Of a DNA stretch of 64,000 nt, positions 1 through 9,267 are shown piece by piece. The notes below the pieces were generated by a model. That model searched no databases. It was not told where the DNA came from and was given only the letters and a program-made list of their open reading frames with translations. Position 1 is the first letter of the stretch; each line of letters opens with the position of its first letter. The translations under genes were made by a program, and so were the position numbers. This DNA comes from Dehalococcoidia bacterium (GTDB taxonomy: Bacteria; Chloroflexota; Dehalococcoidia; Lucifugimonadales; CAZENU01), in contig CBDCTC010000005.1 of NCBI GenBank assembly GCA_965222125.1, positions 403,699 through 467,698 of the forward strand, read 5' to 3'.

Positions 1-1
1 G

Positions 2-145
2 GCCGAGAAGATCGCCGCCGTCCCGGAATCGGCCATCAGGGAGATCGCGGAGCAGAAGATGCGCGACCTGAACGCGGCCGACATCGAGGGCGCCATGAAG
101 ATCGTGGCGGGCACGGCCCGCAGCATGGGAATCACGGTCGAGTAA
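2..145 (+). CDS. rplK: 50S ribosomal protein L11, C-terminal fragment (5' end lies outside the window)
   Basis: Frame 2 reads ...[47 protein letters not shown], a typical L11 C-terminus. It is followed by rplA-rplJ-rplL. Confidence 0.9.
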   Translation, partial: AEKIAAVPESAIREIAEQKMRDLNAADIEGAMKIVAGTARSMGITVE

Positions 146-222
146 CCCCGCCAACGGCTGGCCGACCGCTCGCCCGTACGGCAGGCCCGCCGCGAACGCG
201 AATATATAGACGGAGATAGTGG

Positions 223-933
223 ATGCCTAGAGGAAAACGATACCTCGAGAGCGAGACGCTCGTCGAGGCGGAGAGAGAGTACCGGCCTGAGGAAGCCATC
301 GCCATTGTCAGGGAGGCCGCCACGGCCAACTTCGACGAGACGGTGGAGCTTCACCTACGCACCGGCGCGGATCCGCGTCACGCGGACCAGCAGGTGAGGG
401 GCGTCACCATTCTCCCCCACGGCGTCGGTAAGGTCGTAAGAGTGCTGGTGTTCACCGAGGGTGAGGCTCAGCTCGCGGCCGAGGGGGCGGGGGCGGACTT
501 CGTCGGCTCGGACGATCTCGTCAAGCAGATCGAGGGCGGCTGGACCGACTTCGACGTGTCGATCGCGACGCCGGACATGATGAGCCGGGTAGGGCGCCTG
601 GGCCGGATCCTCGGACGCCGCGGGCTGATGCCGAGTCCGAGGACGGGCACGGTGGTGCCGCCCGACGGCGTCGCCGCTGCGGTCAGAGAGGCGAAGATGG
701 GCAGGGTGGAGTACCGCTTGGACCGAGAGGGGCTGGTGCATGTGCCGATAGGCAAGGCAAGCTTCACGGACGAGCAGCTCGTCACCAATCTGTCGGCACT
801 CGTTGAAGACATCATCCGGGCGAGGCCGAGCGGAGTCAAAGGTCAGTTCATCAGGACGGCTTTTCTGACGAGCACCATGGGGCCCAGCATACGCATGGAC
901 GTTGCCAGTATGTCGTCCCTGACGGTAGAATAG
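223..933 (+). CDS. rplA: 50S ribosomal protein L1
   Basis: 236 aa. [36 protein letters not shown] is the canonical L1 region. Position after rplK fits. Confidence 0.95.
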   Translation: MPRGKRYLESETLVEAEREYRPEEAIAIVREAATANFDETVELHLRTGADPRHADQQVRGVTILPHGVGKVVRVLVFTEGEAQLAAEGAGADFVGSDDLVKQIEGGWTDFDVSIATPDMMSRVGRLGRILGRRGLMPSPRTGTVVPPDGVAAAVREAKMGRVEYRLDREGLVHVPIGKASFTDEQLVTNLSALVEDIIRARPSGVKGQFIRTAFLTSTMGPSIRMDVASMSSLTVE

Positions 934-1077
934 AACAACACAGCCGCAGACAGTGGGTCCCCCTTCGCAGGGGTTAAACTTCCGGCCCGCCGAGGCTAAC
1001 GGAGACGGCGCCGCTTCATGTGGCGTTCGAACCCTGGGCCTGCGGCTCAGGGTCTTTTGTTATAACGAGGTGAGCTG
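934..1077 (+). promoter_or_regulatory. Ribosomal protein L10 leader-like 5' UTR (autoregulatory region upstream of rplJ)
   Basis: 144-nt GC-rich structured spacer between rplA and rplJ, at the usual position of the L10 leader. It contains a strong hairpin plus T-run at 1031-1061. No covariance model was run. Confidence 0.5.
1031..1061 (+). terminator. Intrinsic-terminator-like attenuator hairpin inside the rplJ leader
   Basis: accctgggcc-tgc-ggctcagggt forms a roughly 10-bp stem with a 3-nt loop, followed by cttttgtt. It sits 17 nt upstream of the TTG start of rplJ. Confidence 0.45.
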
Positions 1078-1614
1078 TTGCCAACCGATAAGAAACGAGA
1101 GCTGGTTGCGGAGATCCGGAAGCTCCTCGAGGGCTCCACGGTTGCCATTTCGGCCGACTACACCGGCATGTCCGTTCCGGCCATGACGGGCCTCAGGCGG
1201 GCGCTCCGCGAAACGAATGTCGAGTTCCACGTAGTCAAGAACCGCCTCACCTACCTGGCCGCCGACCAGGCCGGCAAGCCGCTCGTGAAGGGGATCGTGG
1301 AGGGGCCGACGGGGATCGCGTTCGGCTTCGACGACCCGGTGGCGCCCGCGAAGGCGATGTTGGAGTACATTCGGGCGAACCGCTCTCCGCTGAAGATCAG
1401 GGGCGCCGTGGTGGGCGACCGTCAGCTTACTCCCGAGGAGGTGTCCGCGCTCGCCCTGCTGCCCTCCCGTGATGAGCTGATCGCGCGTCTCATGGCGCAG
1501 CTGCAGTCCCCGATCACGCGGCTGGCCAGCGCGCTCAACGCGCCGCTCGCCGGCCTGGTGACCGTGCTTCACCGGGCATCCGAGTCCGCGTCCGAAACGC
1601 CGGCAGAAGCATAG
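1078..1614 (+). CDS. rplJ: 50S ribosomal protein L10
   Basis: TTG start preceded by gaggtga. [53 protein letters not shown] is an L10 pattern. Confidence 0.93.
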   Translation: MPTDKKRELVAEIRKLLEGSTVAISADYTGMSVPAMTGLRRALRETNVEFHVVKNRLTYLAADQAGKPLVKGIVEGPTGIAFGFDDPVAPAKAMLEYIRANRSPLKIRGAVVGDRQLTPEEVSALALLPSRDELIARLMAQLQSPITRLASALNAPLAGLVTVLHRASESASETPAEA

Positions 1615-1633
1615 CGATACCGTATCCGACAAC

Positions 1634-2035
1634 GTGGAGAAGCCGAAGGAGCGAACATTGACGAACCAAGAGATCGTAGAAGCAGTCAAGGGCATGTCGG
1701 CCATCGACCTGTCCGAGCTGGTCAAGGCCCTCGAGGAGACGTTTGGCGTGAGCGCCGCCGCGCCCGTCGCGATGGCGGCCGGCCCGGCAACCGCCGTAGC
1801 CGACGCCCCCGAGGAAGAGGAGCAGACCGAGTTCAACATCGTGCTCAAGGAGATCGGGCCCAACAAGATCAACGTGATCAAGGCGGTCCGCTCCATGACG
1901 ACGCTCGGCCTCAAGGAGGCCAAGGAGTTGGTCGAGAGCGCTCCCGCGACCGTCAAAGAGGGCGTAGGCAAGGGCGACGCCGACCAGGCCAAGACCACGC
2001 TGGAAGAGGCGGGAGCCGTAGTCGGGGTCGAGTAA
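1634..2035 (+). CDS. rplL: 50S ribosomal protein L7/L12
   Basis: GTG start. Ala/Pro hinge plus acidic stretch, then [38 protein letters not shown], the L7/L12 C-terminal domain. Confidence 0.95.
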   Translation: MEKPKERTLTNQEIVEAVKGMSAIDLSELVKALEETFGVSAAAPVAMAAGPATAVADAPEEEEQTEFNIVLKEIGPNKINVIKAVRSMTTLGLKEAKELVESAPATVKEGVGKGDADQAKTTLEEAGAVVGVE

Positions 2036-2077
2036 ACTTCGGCAGACGCGTCCTCCTCACGTTCCGGCGGTGCGTCC

Positions 2078-2302
2078 ATGAGTCGCCGCAAGAACCGCGA
2101 GCGCTACGAGGCGATGAAGCGGCTGGACCCGGACTACCGGGGATTCCGCGGCCACGGCAGCGAGCCGTCCAAGCCCGGAAACGCGCCGCTCGAGGCGGTC
2201 ACGTGCAGCGTGTGCGGACGCAAGCGCAACGTGCCTCGCGGCGTCGCCGTGGAGCAGGGCGACAGCTTCGTCTGTGCGCGCTGCCGCGAAGAGCAGAGCT
2301 AG
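2078..2302 (+). CDS. Small zinc-ribbon protein, function unknown
   Basis: 74 aa with two CxxC pairs (CSVCGRK ... CARCREE) and a basic N-terminus. It occupies the position after rplL where rpoB is often found. Confidence 0.5.
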   Translation: MSRRKNRERYEAMKRLDPDYRGFRGHGSEPSKPGNAPLEAVTCSVCGRKRNVPRGVAVEQGDSFVCARCREEQS

Positions 2303-2451
2303 GGCCGACGGCTCGTAAGCTGTTCACTCTTGGTGAGAGGGGCAACCCGTACGGCGGCGGCGCTCGCCTTTGGAGACCTTGGCAGAGCTCCAGACGTGGG
2401 CCAGATGTCGACAGCAGGGGGTGCCATTGAGCTCGACCTCCCCACCCCTGG

Positions 2452-2473
2452 ATTCCGGCTCGGGGGCCGGAAT
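2452..2473. repeat. REP-like palindrome (attccggc-N6-gccggaat), flanked by ctgg / gacg
   Basis: Perfect 8-bp stem. It has the same ctgg...gacg frame as the element at 40870-40889. Confidence 0.7.
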
Positions 2474-2515
2474 GACGTCTACCCTCTGCGCGGGAGGCGG
2501 ACACAGCCTACCGTA

Positions 2516-2535
2516 ATGCCCGCGAAAGCGGGTAT
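2516..2535. repeat. REP-like palindrome (atgcccgc-gaaa-gcgggtat)
   Basis: 8-bp stem with 1 mismatch and a GAAA loop. Translating across it gives the spurious MPAKAGIQ peptide of ORF 2330..2602. Confidence 0.6.
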
Positions 2536-2588
2536 CCAGGCGGCTCGAGAGGCATTCGTCCTGTCAACTCTGACCAGGGGCCGCAACC

Positions 2589-3542
2589 TCAGCCAGTCTT
2601 AACCAGCTTCTGGAAGCTGCGGATGCCGTCCGCCTCGTCGCCCCAGTTCTTGGCGTTGGTCCAGGCTACCTCGCCGACGTAAATGTCTCCGCGCGAGTCG
2701 ACGCAGATGCCGTGCGGGGCGCAGAACTGCCCCTGCGCCGTCCCGTAGCCAAGGTCGCCGATCCTGGCCCGCCTCTCGCCAGCCGTGTCGAACACGGAAA
2801 TCCTGGGCCCGATGTTGGGCATGTCTCGATTCACGTTCATCCCGGCGCCCAACTCTCCCACGTAGACGTCCTGCTCGTCGGAGATGTAGACCGTGCACGG
2901 GCGGTGCATGTTGACCCACTGGGTCTCGAACCGTCCCCGGGAGTCGAAGATCTGGACCCGGTGGTTCTCCCTGTCGGCCACGTACACGTAGCCGTCCTTG
3001 TCGGTCGCGATGTTGTGCACGATGTTGAACTCGCCCGGGTCGGTCCCGGGCTGCCCCCACGAGAATAGCAGCCTGCCGTCCGGCGAGTACTTGTGGACGC
3101 GGGAGTTGCCGTAGCCGTCGGAGACGTACAGGTCGCCGGTCGTTGGGTCCAGGGCCACGTCTGTGCAGCGGTTGAACGGGTCGCCGCACTGGTACGCGGA
3201 CGGTGTGCCAGGGCTTCCGATAGTCATCAACACGCGGCCGTCCGGCGTGCACTGGCGTACGGTATGGTCTCCGTCGTCCGTGCAGAACAGGGTGCCGTCC
3301 GGTCCCATCGTGAGGCCGTGGGCCCGGCTGAATATCCCCTCGCCCCACGAACGGAGAAAGTTGCCGTCCCGGTCGAAGACGGTCATCGGGTGGTCGCCGC
3401 GGTTGAAGATGTACACGTTGTCCTGCGAGTCGACGGCGACGGCGGCGGCGTCCGTCCAGGCGTAGCCCGGCGGGAGTTTTTCAAACCCGTCCACGAACTC
3501 GTAGGTGAAGCTGCCGCTGCCTGTCCTGACGGTACTGCCCAT
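2589..3542 (-). CDS. NHL-repeat beta-propeller protein (peptidyl-alpha-hydroxyglycine lyase-like family)
   Basis: Repeated blades: DLYVSDGYGNSRVHKYSPDGR, YVYVADRENHRVQIFDSRGR, DIYVGEVAW. Start set at the internal ATG (MGSTVRTGSGSFTYEF) because the upstream 127 codons of ORF 2589..3923 do not look protein-like. Confidence 0.75.
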   Translation of the reverse strand: MGSTVRTGSGSFTYEFVDGFEKLPPGYAWTDAAAVAVDSQDNVYIFNRGDHPMTVFDRDGNFLRSWGEGIFSRAHGLTMGPDGTLFCTDDGDHTVRQCTPDGRVLMTIGSPGTPSAYQCGDPFNRCTDVALDPTTGDLYVSDGYGNSRVHKYSPDGRLLFSWGQPGTDPGEFNIVHNIATDKDGYVYVADRENHRVQIFDSRGRFETQWVNMHRPCTVYISDEQDVYVGELGAGMNVNRDMPNIGPRISVFDTAGERRARIGDLGYGTAQGQFCAPHGICVDSRGDIYVGEVAWTNAKNWGDEADGIRSFQKLVKTG

Positions 3543-3698
3543 GTGTCTCCTCCCGCGCTGGCGTGCGACTGTCCTCGGAACGAAGCGATTATATCCCACG
3601 CGGCTCCGTTCCACCGGCGGGCTGCTGCGTCCAGCGCACCGGGGCTCGGTTACAATCGTGTCGGAGTTGGTGGCCGTCTCGATCCCGTAGGTAGGAAA

Positions 3699-4501
3699 AT
3701 GCCTGAAGCTCCAGAGTTGGAAGTGGTCAAGGGCCTTCTGCGCGACCGTATCGTTGGGCAGCGCGTGCTTTCTGCCGCAGAGACCAGGCCGGGCGTCGTG
3801 CGCGCGCTGGCCGCGGACCTGTCGGATCTCGCCGGGCGCAGGCTGGAAGATGTCGAACGCAGCGGCAAGTTCCTCATGCTCCAGTTCTCGGGCGGGCGGC
3901 TGCTCGCTGGGGGGGTGCAGCACTGCGCGCCGTCCCGCCGCAGATTCAAGCGAACCTTCTTCGTGCTGACGATGGAGGACGGCAGCGAGCTGCGGTACGT
4001 CGACCAGAAACAGATGGGCGCGTTTACTACGTCAGCCCGGAACAGCTCTCGGAGGTGCCGCAGCTCGGTGAGCAGGGGCCCGACGTTCTCGCGCCGCTGA
4101 CGTTCGAGGAATTCCGGCAGCGGATCGCACCGTTTCGGGGGGAGATCAAGGGCGTGCTGACCCGGGGCCGCGTCGTGTCCGGCATCGGCAACGCGTACGC
4201 GGACGAGATTCTCTTCGCGGCCGGCATCTATCCCTTCCGCAAGCGTACCGCGATGTCCGAGGAGGAGCTGCGCCGCGTCTGCGAGCAGGCGCGCGCCGTC
4301 GTAGAGGAGGCCGTCGACCAGGTGCAAGAGCGCATCGGCGACGACATACACCTCAAGCCGCGCGACTTCCTCAAGGTGCACAACCGGGGCGGCGAGCCCT
4401 GTCCACGGTGCGGCGCCAGGATCAGCGAGGTCACCGCCAACCGTCGCATAACAAGCTACTGCCGCACCTGTCAGCCGGGATTGCCCATAGGCAACCTGTA
4501 G
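3699..4501 (+). pseudogene. Formamidopyrimidine/Nei-family DNA glycosylase, frame-disrupted near 4020-4026
   Basis: N-terminus MPEAPELEVVKG... lies in the frame of ORF 3093..4100. After ...RYVDQKQMGA the frame changes at gcgtttactac. It continues YYVSPEQLSEVPQLGEQGPDVL..., with H2TH motif GIGNAYADEILFAAGIYP and zinc finger CPRCGARISEVTANRRITSYCRTCQ, in ORF 4055..4501. Confidence 0.8.
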
Positions 4502-4563
4502 AGCCCGGGATGCGCATCAAGTGGAGATAGTGGACTACCATTGAGTACGGAGATCAGGAAGAG

Positions 4564-4888
4564 ATGACCATGACCAGTCAGACGGCGCGCAGTCAGGAAA
4601 CACTGCCTCCAATTCATCCGGGAGAGGTACTCGACGAAGAGTTCCTCCGACCGATGAACGTCACCCAGTACCGGCTGGCTAAGGCCATCGGCGTGGATGC
4701 GCGTCGCATTCATGCCATCGTTCACGGAGAGCGGTCAATAACGGCCGAGACGGCCCTATTGCTTTCCCGCTTCTTCGGAAACTCCGCGGAGTTCTGGATG
4801 GGCCTGCAAAAGCCAGTACGACCTGGAGGTCACCGAGGACGGTCTATCCCAGCGGCTGAGTATGGTGGCGGCTCACTCACCGGAGTAG
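4564..4888 (+). pseudogene. HigA-family (XRE HTH) antitoxin, frame-disrupted at an A-run near 4808-4811; no adjacent higB
   Basis: IHPGEVLDEEFLRPMNVTQYRLAKAIGVDARRIHAIVHGERSITAETALLLSRFFGNSAEFWMGLQ is a HigA pattern. The expected tail SQYDLEVTEDGLSQRLSMVAAHSPE* is in another frame after caaaag. Confidence 0.7.
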
Positions 4889-4962
4889 CCGACGCGTCTG
4901 GCTCAAGAAGGGTTGGGCCCGGTCATGCGCAAGGACTCGTTTCCTACACGTTGTCATCACCC

Positions 4963-5229
4963 TCAGCGGTATACCTCGTTCCGTCTCCCGATCCTCACCA
5001 CCAAGACGCGCAGAGCGTCGTCCTGAATGTCGCAGATAACGCGGCAACCTCCCACCCGGTAGCGCCACAACCGGCCTAGTGGACCGGTCAGCATGTGGCC
5101 GACGCTCCGCGGATCGGCCAGTGGTGCAATGCGCTCGTCCATGTAGTCCATGATGCGCCGTGCTGTGTTTCTGTCGAGCTTTCGCAGCTCAGTCCGGGCT
5201 GTGGCGGTATAGTCAATCCTCCAAACCAA
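4963..5229 (-). CDS. RelE/ParE-family type II toxin
   Basis: 88 aa. MVWRIDYTATARTELRKLDRNTARRIMDYMDERIA...WRYRVGGCRVICDIQDDALRVLVVRIGRRNEVY is a RelE/ParE pattern. It overlaps the upstream antitoxin by 17 nt. Confidence 0.85.
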   Translation of the reverse strand: MVWRIDYTATARTELRKLDRNTARRIMDYMDERIAPLADPRSVGHMLTGPLGRLWRYRVGGCRVICDIQDDALRVLVVRIGRRNEVYR

Positions 5230-5440
5230 GCTCTTTCCTCACGTCTGCGGCATCATGCACTTGCTCCTGTCCTTTGCGGATACGTTCGAGAACATCCGCG
5301 GCCAAGTAGTAGTCTTCGATGTCCTCAAGTCCGCGGTCGATAATCTCACGCAGATAGAAGGCTTTGGTGCGCCCGGTCTGCGCGGCCAGGACAGCGAGCC
5401 GCCGCTCCGTTTCGGGTGAAAGCCGGATCGATGTAGCCAT
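5213..5440 (-). CDS. Ribbon-helix-helix (RelB/DinJ/CopG-type) antitoxin
   Basis: Start at the internal ATG. MATSIRLSPETERRLAVLAAQTGRTKAFYLREIIDRGLEDIEDYYLA is an RHH antitoxin pattern, directly upstream of the RelE/ParE toxin. Confidence 0.8.
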   Translation of the reverse strand: MATSIRLSPETERRLAVLAAQTGRTKAFYLREIIDRGLEDIEDYYLAADVLERIRKGQEQVHDAADVRKELGLED

Positions 5441-5710
5441 GTCGTGCTTCTCCGTTGCAGTCTGCGCATTCAATGTATCACACGGATTCCCTAGACTGCT
5501 CCCGACGAATGCGCAGCCCGGCAGGGCCAACCATGTACGGTGGCTGCCGTCCGCACTCAGGTCATGCATACGCACCCCCAGGGACGGAATCCAGCCTTTG
5601 GGAGGAATGGCTCAGGCCCGGAGTTGCGGGGGGCGCCGCGGCCTTGTTTCGGAATTGGGCCGTTTGCTATAGTCTCACAGGTTGGCTTAGGTAACGAGGC
5701 GTAGCTAAGA

Positions 5711-7390
5711 ATGCTCGATCACGACGTGCTGGTGATCGGCGGCGGTCTCGCGGGGATGCGGGCGGCGCTGTCCGCGCGAGAAAATGGCGTAGACGTCGCC
5801 GTCGTCAGCAAGGTCCATCCCGTTCGCAGCCACTCGAACGCGGCGCAGGGCGGCATCAACGCCGCGCTGACCGATCGGGGAGACGCCTGGGAAGACCACG
5901 CCTTCGACACGGTGAAGGGCAGCGACTACCTGGGCGACCAGGACGCCATCGAGGTGATGTGCCGCGAGGCGGGACGCGAAGTCATCGCCATGGAGCACAT
6001 GGGCGTCGCGTTCAGTCGGGACGACGAGGGCCGGCTTGGCACGCGTGCCTTCGGGGGCCAGCGGCGCGAGCGCACCTTCTTCGTCGCCGACTTCACAGGC
6101 CAGGCCCTCCTCCACGTCCTCTACGAGCAGGTTCTCAAGGCCGGCGTCAGGGTCTACGAGGAGTGGTTCGTCCTCTCGCTGTTAATGGACGACGGCCGGT
6201 GCGCCGGCGCCGTCGTGATGGAGATCAGCTCGGGAGAGATGCACGTCATACGCGCCAACGCCGTGATCGTCGCGTCGGGCGGTCTGGGCAGGGTGTTCGA
6301 GCCGAGCACCAACGCCCTGATATGCACCGGCGACGGTATGGCCGCGGCCTACCGTGTCGGCGCCCCTCTGATGGACATGGAGATGGTGCAGTACCATCCG
6401 ACGACCCTCAAGAGCAACGGCGCGCTCATGTCGGAGGGCGCCAGGGGCGAGGGAGCCTATCTGATAAACGCCGACGGCGACCGGTTCATGGAGCGGTACG
6501 CGCCGAACATGATGGAGCTCGCCTCCCGCGACGTCGTCTCCCGGTCGGAGCAGACCGAGATCAACGAGGGAAGGGGAGTTAACGGCTGCGTCTTCCTCGA
6601 CTGCAGACACCTCAGTCAGAAGCTGATAGACGAGAAGCTGTCGCAGATACGCGATCTGGCCCGCGATTTCGCGGGCGTGGACATGGCACGGGAGCCGGTC
6701 CCCATCCGCCCCGGGATGCACTACCAGATGGGCGGAATCAAGACGGACGTGGATGGGCAGACGCCGGTGCCGGGCCTGTACGCGGCCGGTGAGACGGCCT
6801 GCGTCAGCGTCCACGGTGGCAACCGGCTTGGCGCGAACTCGCTGCTCGACACGCTGGTGTTCGGCCGCAGAAGCGGCGAGCACGCCTCCGACGCGGTCAA
6901 GGGCCGGCGGCCGCGCCCTTCCATCGACGACTCGGCCGCGGACGGAGACCGGAACCACATCCAGGACCTGATGAGCAACTCCGACGGCGGTGGGCTGTTC
7001 GGCCGTCTGAGGATGGAGCTCGGCCAGACGATGAACGAACACCTGGCCGTCTTCAGGGACGCGGACGGCATGGAGCAAGCCCGCGGCAAGCTGGGCGAGC
7101 TCAGGGAGCGGTTCACGAACGTCTACGTGGCCGACAAGGGCAAGACATTCAACACCAACCTCGTGTTCACCCTGGAGCTTGGCTTCATGTTCGACTGCGC
7201 CGAGGCGGTTGTCTTCAGCGCCCTGGAGCGGCAGGAGAGCAGGGGAGCGCACTTCCGGACGGACATGGGAGACCGCGACGACGAGAGCTGGCTCAAGCAC
7301 GTTCTCGTCACCAGGGGCGAGGAGGCGCCGGCCATCGAGTATCTGCCGGTGGTCATCACGCAGTGGCAACCCGAGGCCCGGAAATACTAG
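5711..7390 (+). CDS. sdhA: Succinate dehydrogenase / fumarate reductase flavoprotein subunit
   Basis: DVLVIGGGLAGMRAAL FAD fold and SHSNAAQGGINAAL with the covalent-FAD His context. 559 aa, followed by an Fe-S subunit. Confidence 0.92.
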   Translation: MLDHDVLVIGGGLAGMRAALSARENGVDVAVVSKVHPVRSHSNAAQGGINAALTDRGDAWEDHAFDTVKGSDYLGDQDAIEVMCREAGREVIAMEHMGVAFSRDDEGRLGTRAFGGQRRERTFFVADFTGQALLHVLYEQVLKAGVRVYEEWFVLSLLMDDGRCAGAVVMEISSGEMHVIRANAVIVASGGLGRVFEPSTNALICTGDGMAAAYRVGAPLMDMEMVQYHPTTLKSNGALMSEGARGEGAYLINADGDRFMERYAPNMMELASRDVVSRSEQTEINEGRGVNGCVFLDCRHLSQKLIDEKLSQIRDLARDFAGVDMAREPVPIRPGMHYQMGGIKTDVDGQTPVPGLYAAGETACVSVHGGNRLGANSLLDTLVFGRRSGEHASDAVKGRRPRPSIDDSAADGDRNHIQDLMSNSDGGGLFGRLRMELGQTMNEHLAVFRDADGMEQARGKLGELRERFTNVYVADKGKTFNTNLVFTLELGFMFDCAEAVVFSALERQESRGAHFRTDMGDRDDESWLKHVLVTRGEEAPAIEYLPVVITQWQPEARKY

Positions 7391-7400
7391 GCGATAGAGC

Positions 7401-8360
7401 ATGGAAGTAACCCTCAACGTCAGACGTTTCGACCCCGATTCCGATCAACCCGCGTCGTACACGCAGGAGTACCAGATCGAGCTCGGGGAATCGGCGACCG
7501 TGCTCGACGGGCTGATCAAGATCCGCGAAGAGGTCGACGGCACGCTCGCCCTCCGGTGCTCGTGCCGTAGCGCCATCTGCGGCTCCTGCGCCATGAGGAT
7601 CAACGGGCGCGCCGGGCTGGCGTGCAACACGATGGTCTCCAAGGTCGCGGACGCCGACGGCAACGTCGCGGTCGAGCCGGCGGGCAACATGAACGTGGTC
7701 AAGGACCTGGTCGTCGACTTCGACATGTTCTGGGACAAGGTCAGGGACGTGAACCCGTGGCTGCAGCCTCAGGGCCCGGACCCGGAGCCCGACAAGGAAT
7801 ACATCGCCTCCAACGAGTCAATGCTGGACCTGGCGGACGTGATGGCCTGCATCATGTGCGGCGCCTGCGTCTCGGACTGCACGGTGCTGGCGGTCGACTC
7901 CAACTTCCTGGGTCCGGCAGCGCTGGCCAAGGCGTACCGGTTCGTCGCAGACCCGCGCGACGACGTGGACGCGGCCAGGCTGGGAGAGCTGAACGAGTAC
8001 GGCGGCATCTGGGACTGCACCCGATGCATGCAGTGCGTCGAGGTGTGCCCCAAGGGCGTAGATCCGATGGGCCGCATCATGGCCCTGAGGGACCGAGCGA
8101 TGGAGGCCGGCTACACCGGAACGTATGGCGCCAGGCACGCCGAGGTCTTCACCGACTCGATCAGGCACAGCGGTCGGGTCGACGAGCTGCGGCTGCCCAT
8201 CAAGACCTTCGGCATGTTCAACATCAAGGAGATGCTGAAGCTGCTGCCGGTGGGCGTTCGAGCTCAGCTCAAGGGCAAGAGGCCCCCGATCTTCCACCGC
8301 TCCATACCGGGAGTGCAGAACGTGCGCCGACTCTTCGACAGAGTGGGGGACAAACGATGA
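7401..8360 (+). CDS. sdhB: Succinate dehydrogenase / fumarate reductase iron-sulfur subunit (extended C-terminus)
   Basis: 2Fe-2S motif CSCRSAICGSCAM. CIMCGACVSDC and CTRCMQCVEVCP are both full four-Cys motifs. About 60 extra C-terminal residues. Confidence 0.88.
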   Translation: MEVTLNVRRFDPDSDQPASYTQEYQIELGESATVLDGLIKIREEVDGTLALRCSCRSAICGSCAMRINGRAGLACNTMVSKVADADGNVAVEPAGNMNVVKDLVVDFDMFWDKVRDVNPWLQPQGPDPEPDKEYIASNESMLDLADVMACIMCGACVSDCTVLAVDSNFLGPAALAKAYRFVADPRDDVDAARLGELNEYGGIWDCTRCMQCVEVCPKGVDPMGRIMALRDRAMEAGYTGTYGARHAEVFTDSIRHSGRVDELRLPIKTFGMFNIKEMLKLLPVGVRAQLKGKRPPIFHRSIPGVQNVRRLFDRVGDKR

Positions 8361-9247
8361 AGTTCGCCTTCTATCCCGGTTGCGTGTCCCGAGGGGCATG
8401 CCCGGAGCTGTACTCCGCGACCGTGGAGGTGTGCGCCAGGCTCGGCATCGAGTTGGACTACAAGCCGATGGAGGGCGCGTCGTGCACCGGGTCGGGCGTC
8501 CTGCAGGAGAAGAACCAGCGGCTCGGCGACACGCTGAACGCCCGCACGTTCGCCATGGCCGAGCGCTCGGGGCTTCCGCTGCTGACGATCTGCAGCACCT
8601 GCCAGGGCGTGATGTCGCAGGCCAACAGCCGCCTCAAGAGCGATCCGGAGTATCTGGCCCAGGTCAACGAGGACCTCGCCGAAGAGGGCCTGCGGTACAC
8701 TGGCCGCGCGGAACCGAAGCACCTTCTCTGGGTGCTGGTCGAGGACTACGGGCTGGGCAGACTCAGGAGCCTGGTCACCCGGCCGCTCACCGGCTTCAAG
8801 GTCGCCCCGTTCTACGGATGCTACATCGTCCGTCCAAGCGCCGCGTTGGGCTTCGACGAAAGGCCGGAGCGCCAGGACTCGCTGGAGAAGGTGATCGAGG
8901 CCGTGGGCGCCGAGGTCGTAGACTTCGCGGGCAAGACCCAGTGCTGCGGGTTCCCGATTCTGACCATCAACCAGACGAACTCGGTCAAGATGGTGGCCAA
9001 CCATACGGTCGACGCCAAGGATCAGGGAGCGGCGGCGATGGTCACGCCGTGCCCGCTGTGCCATCTCAACCTCGACGGCTACCAGCCCCAGGCCGCCGCG
9101 GCCGCGAGGCAGCCGATCGATCTGCCTATCCTGCACCTGCCGCAGATGCTCGGCCTCGCGCTGGGCATCGAGCCGGCAGCCATGCGGCTGAACCGGCACA
9201 TCGTGTCGACCAAGGCGTTGCTGTCGGAGCTCGCTCTGGCCCCCTAG
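8357..9247 (+). CDS. HdrB-like CCG-domain subunit (type E SdhE / thiol:fumarate reductase-like third subunit)
   Basis: The ATG overlaps the sdhB stop (ATGA). MKFAFYPGCVSRG..., CSTCQG, QCCGFP and CPLCHLN form two CCG-type Cys-rich domains. Confidence 0.8.
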   Translation: MKFAFYPGCVSRGACPELYSATVEVCARLGIELDYKPMEGASCTGSGVLQEKNQRLGDTLNARTFAMAERSGLPLLTICSTCQGVMSQANSRLKSDPEYLAQVNEDLAEEGLRYTGRAEPKHLLWVLVEDYGLGRLRSLVTRPLTGFKVAPFYGCYIVRPSAALGFDERPERQDSLEKVIEAVGAEVVDFAGKTQCCGFPILTINQTNSVKMVANHTVDAKDQGAAAMVTPCPLCHLNLDGYQPQAAAAARQPIDLPILHLPQMLGLALGIEPAAMRLNRHIVSTKALLSELALAP

Positions 9248-9267
9248 TCGCCGGAGTGGCGTCAGCG

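Noticed and set aside
2330-2602. 90-aa ORF containing ...MPAKAGIQ..., and ORF 40715..40984 containing ..FPRRRES..
   Set aside because: They are translations across REP-like palindromes in intergenic DNA, a well-known source of spurious hypothetical proteins.
6182-7417. 411-aa ORF on the minus strand (and similar long antisense or alternative-frame ORFs, e.g. 1060..2091, 8264..9880, 7622..9247 upstream part, 15468..16973, 25932..27284, 29828..31645, 30034..31635, 41960..43384, 46148..47281, 51621..52718, 60078..61454, 62723..63691)
   Set aside because: All overlap well-supported genes on the other strand or frame. They are Arg/Pro/Gly/Ala-rich with no motifs, and are the expected stop-free shadows of high-GC coding sequence.
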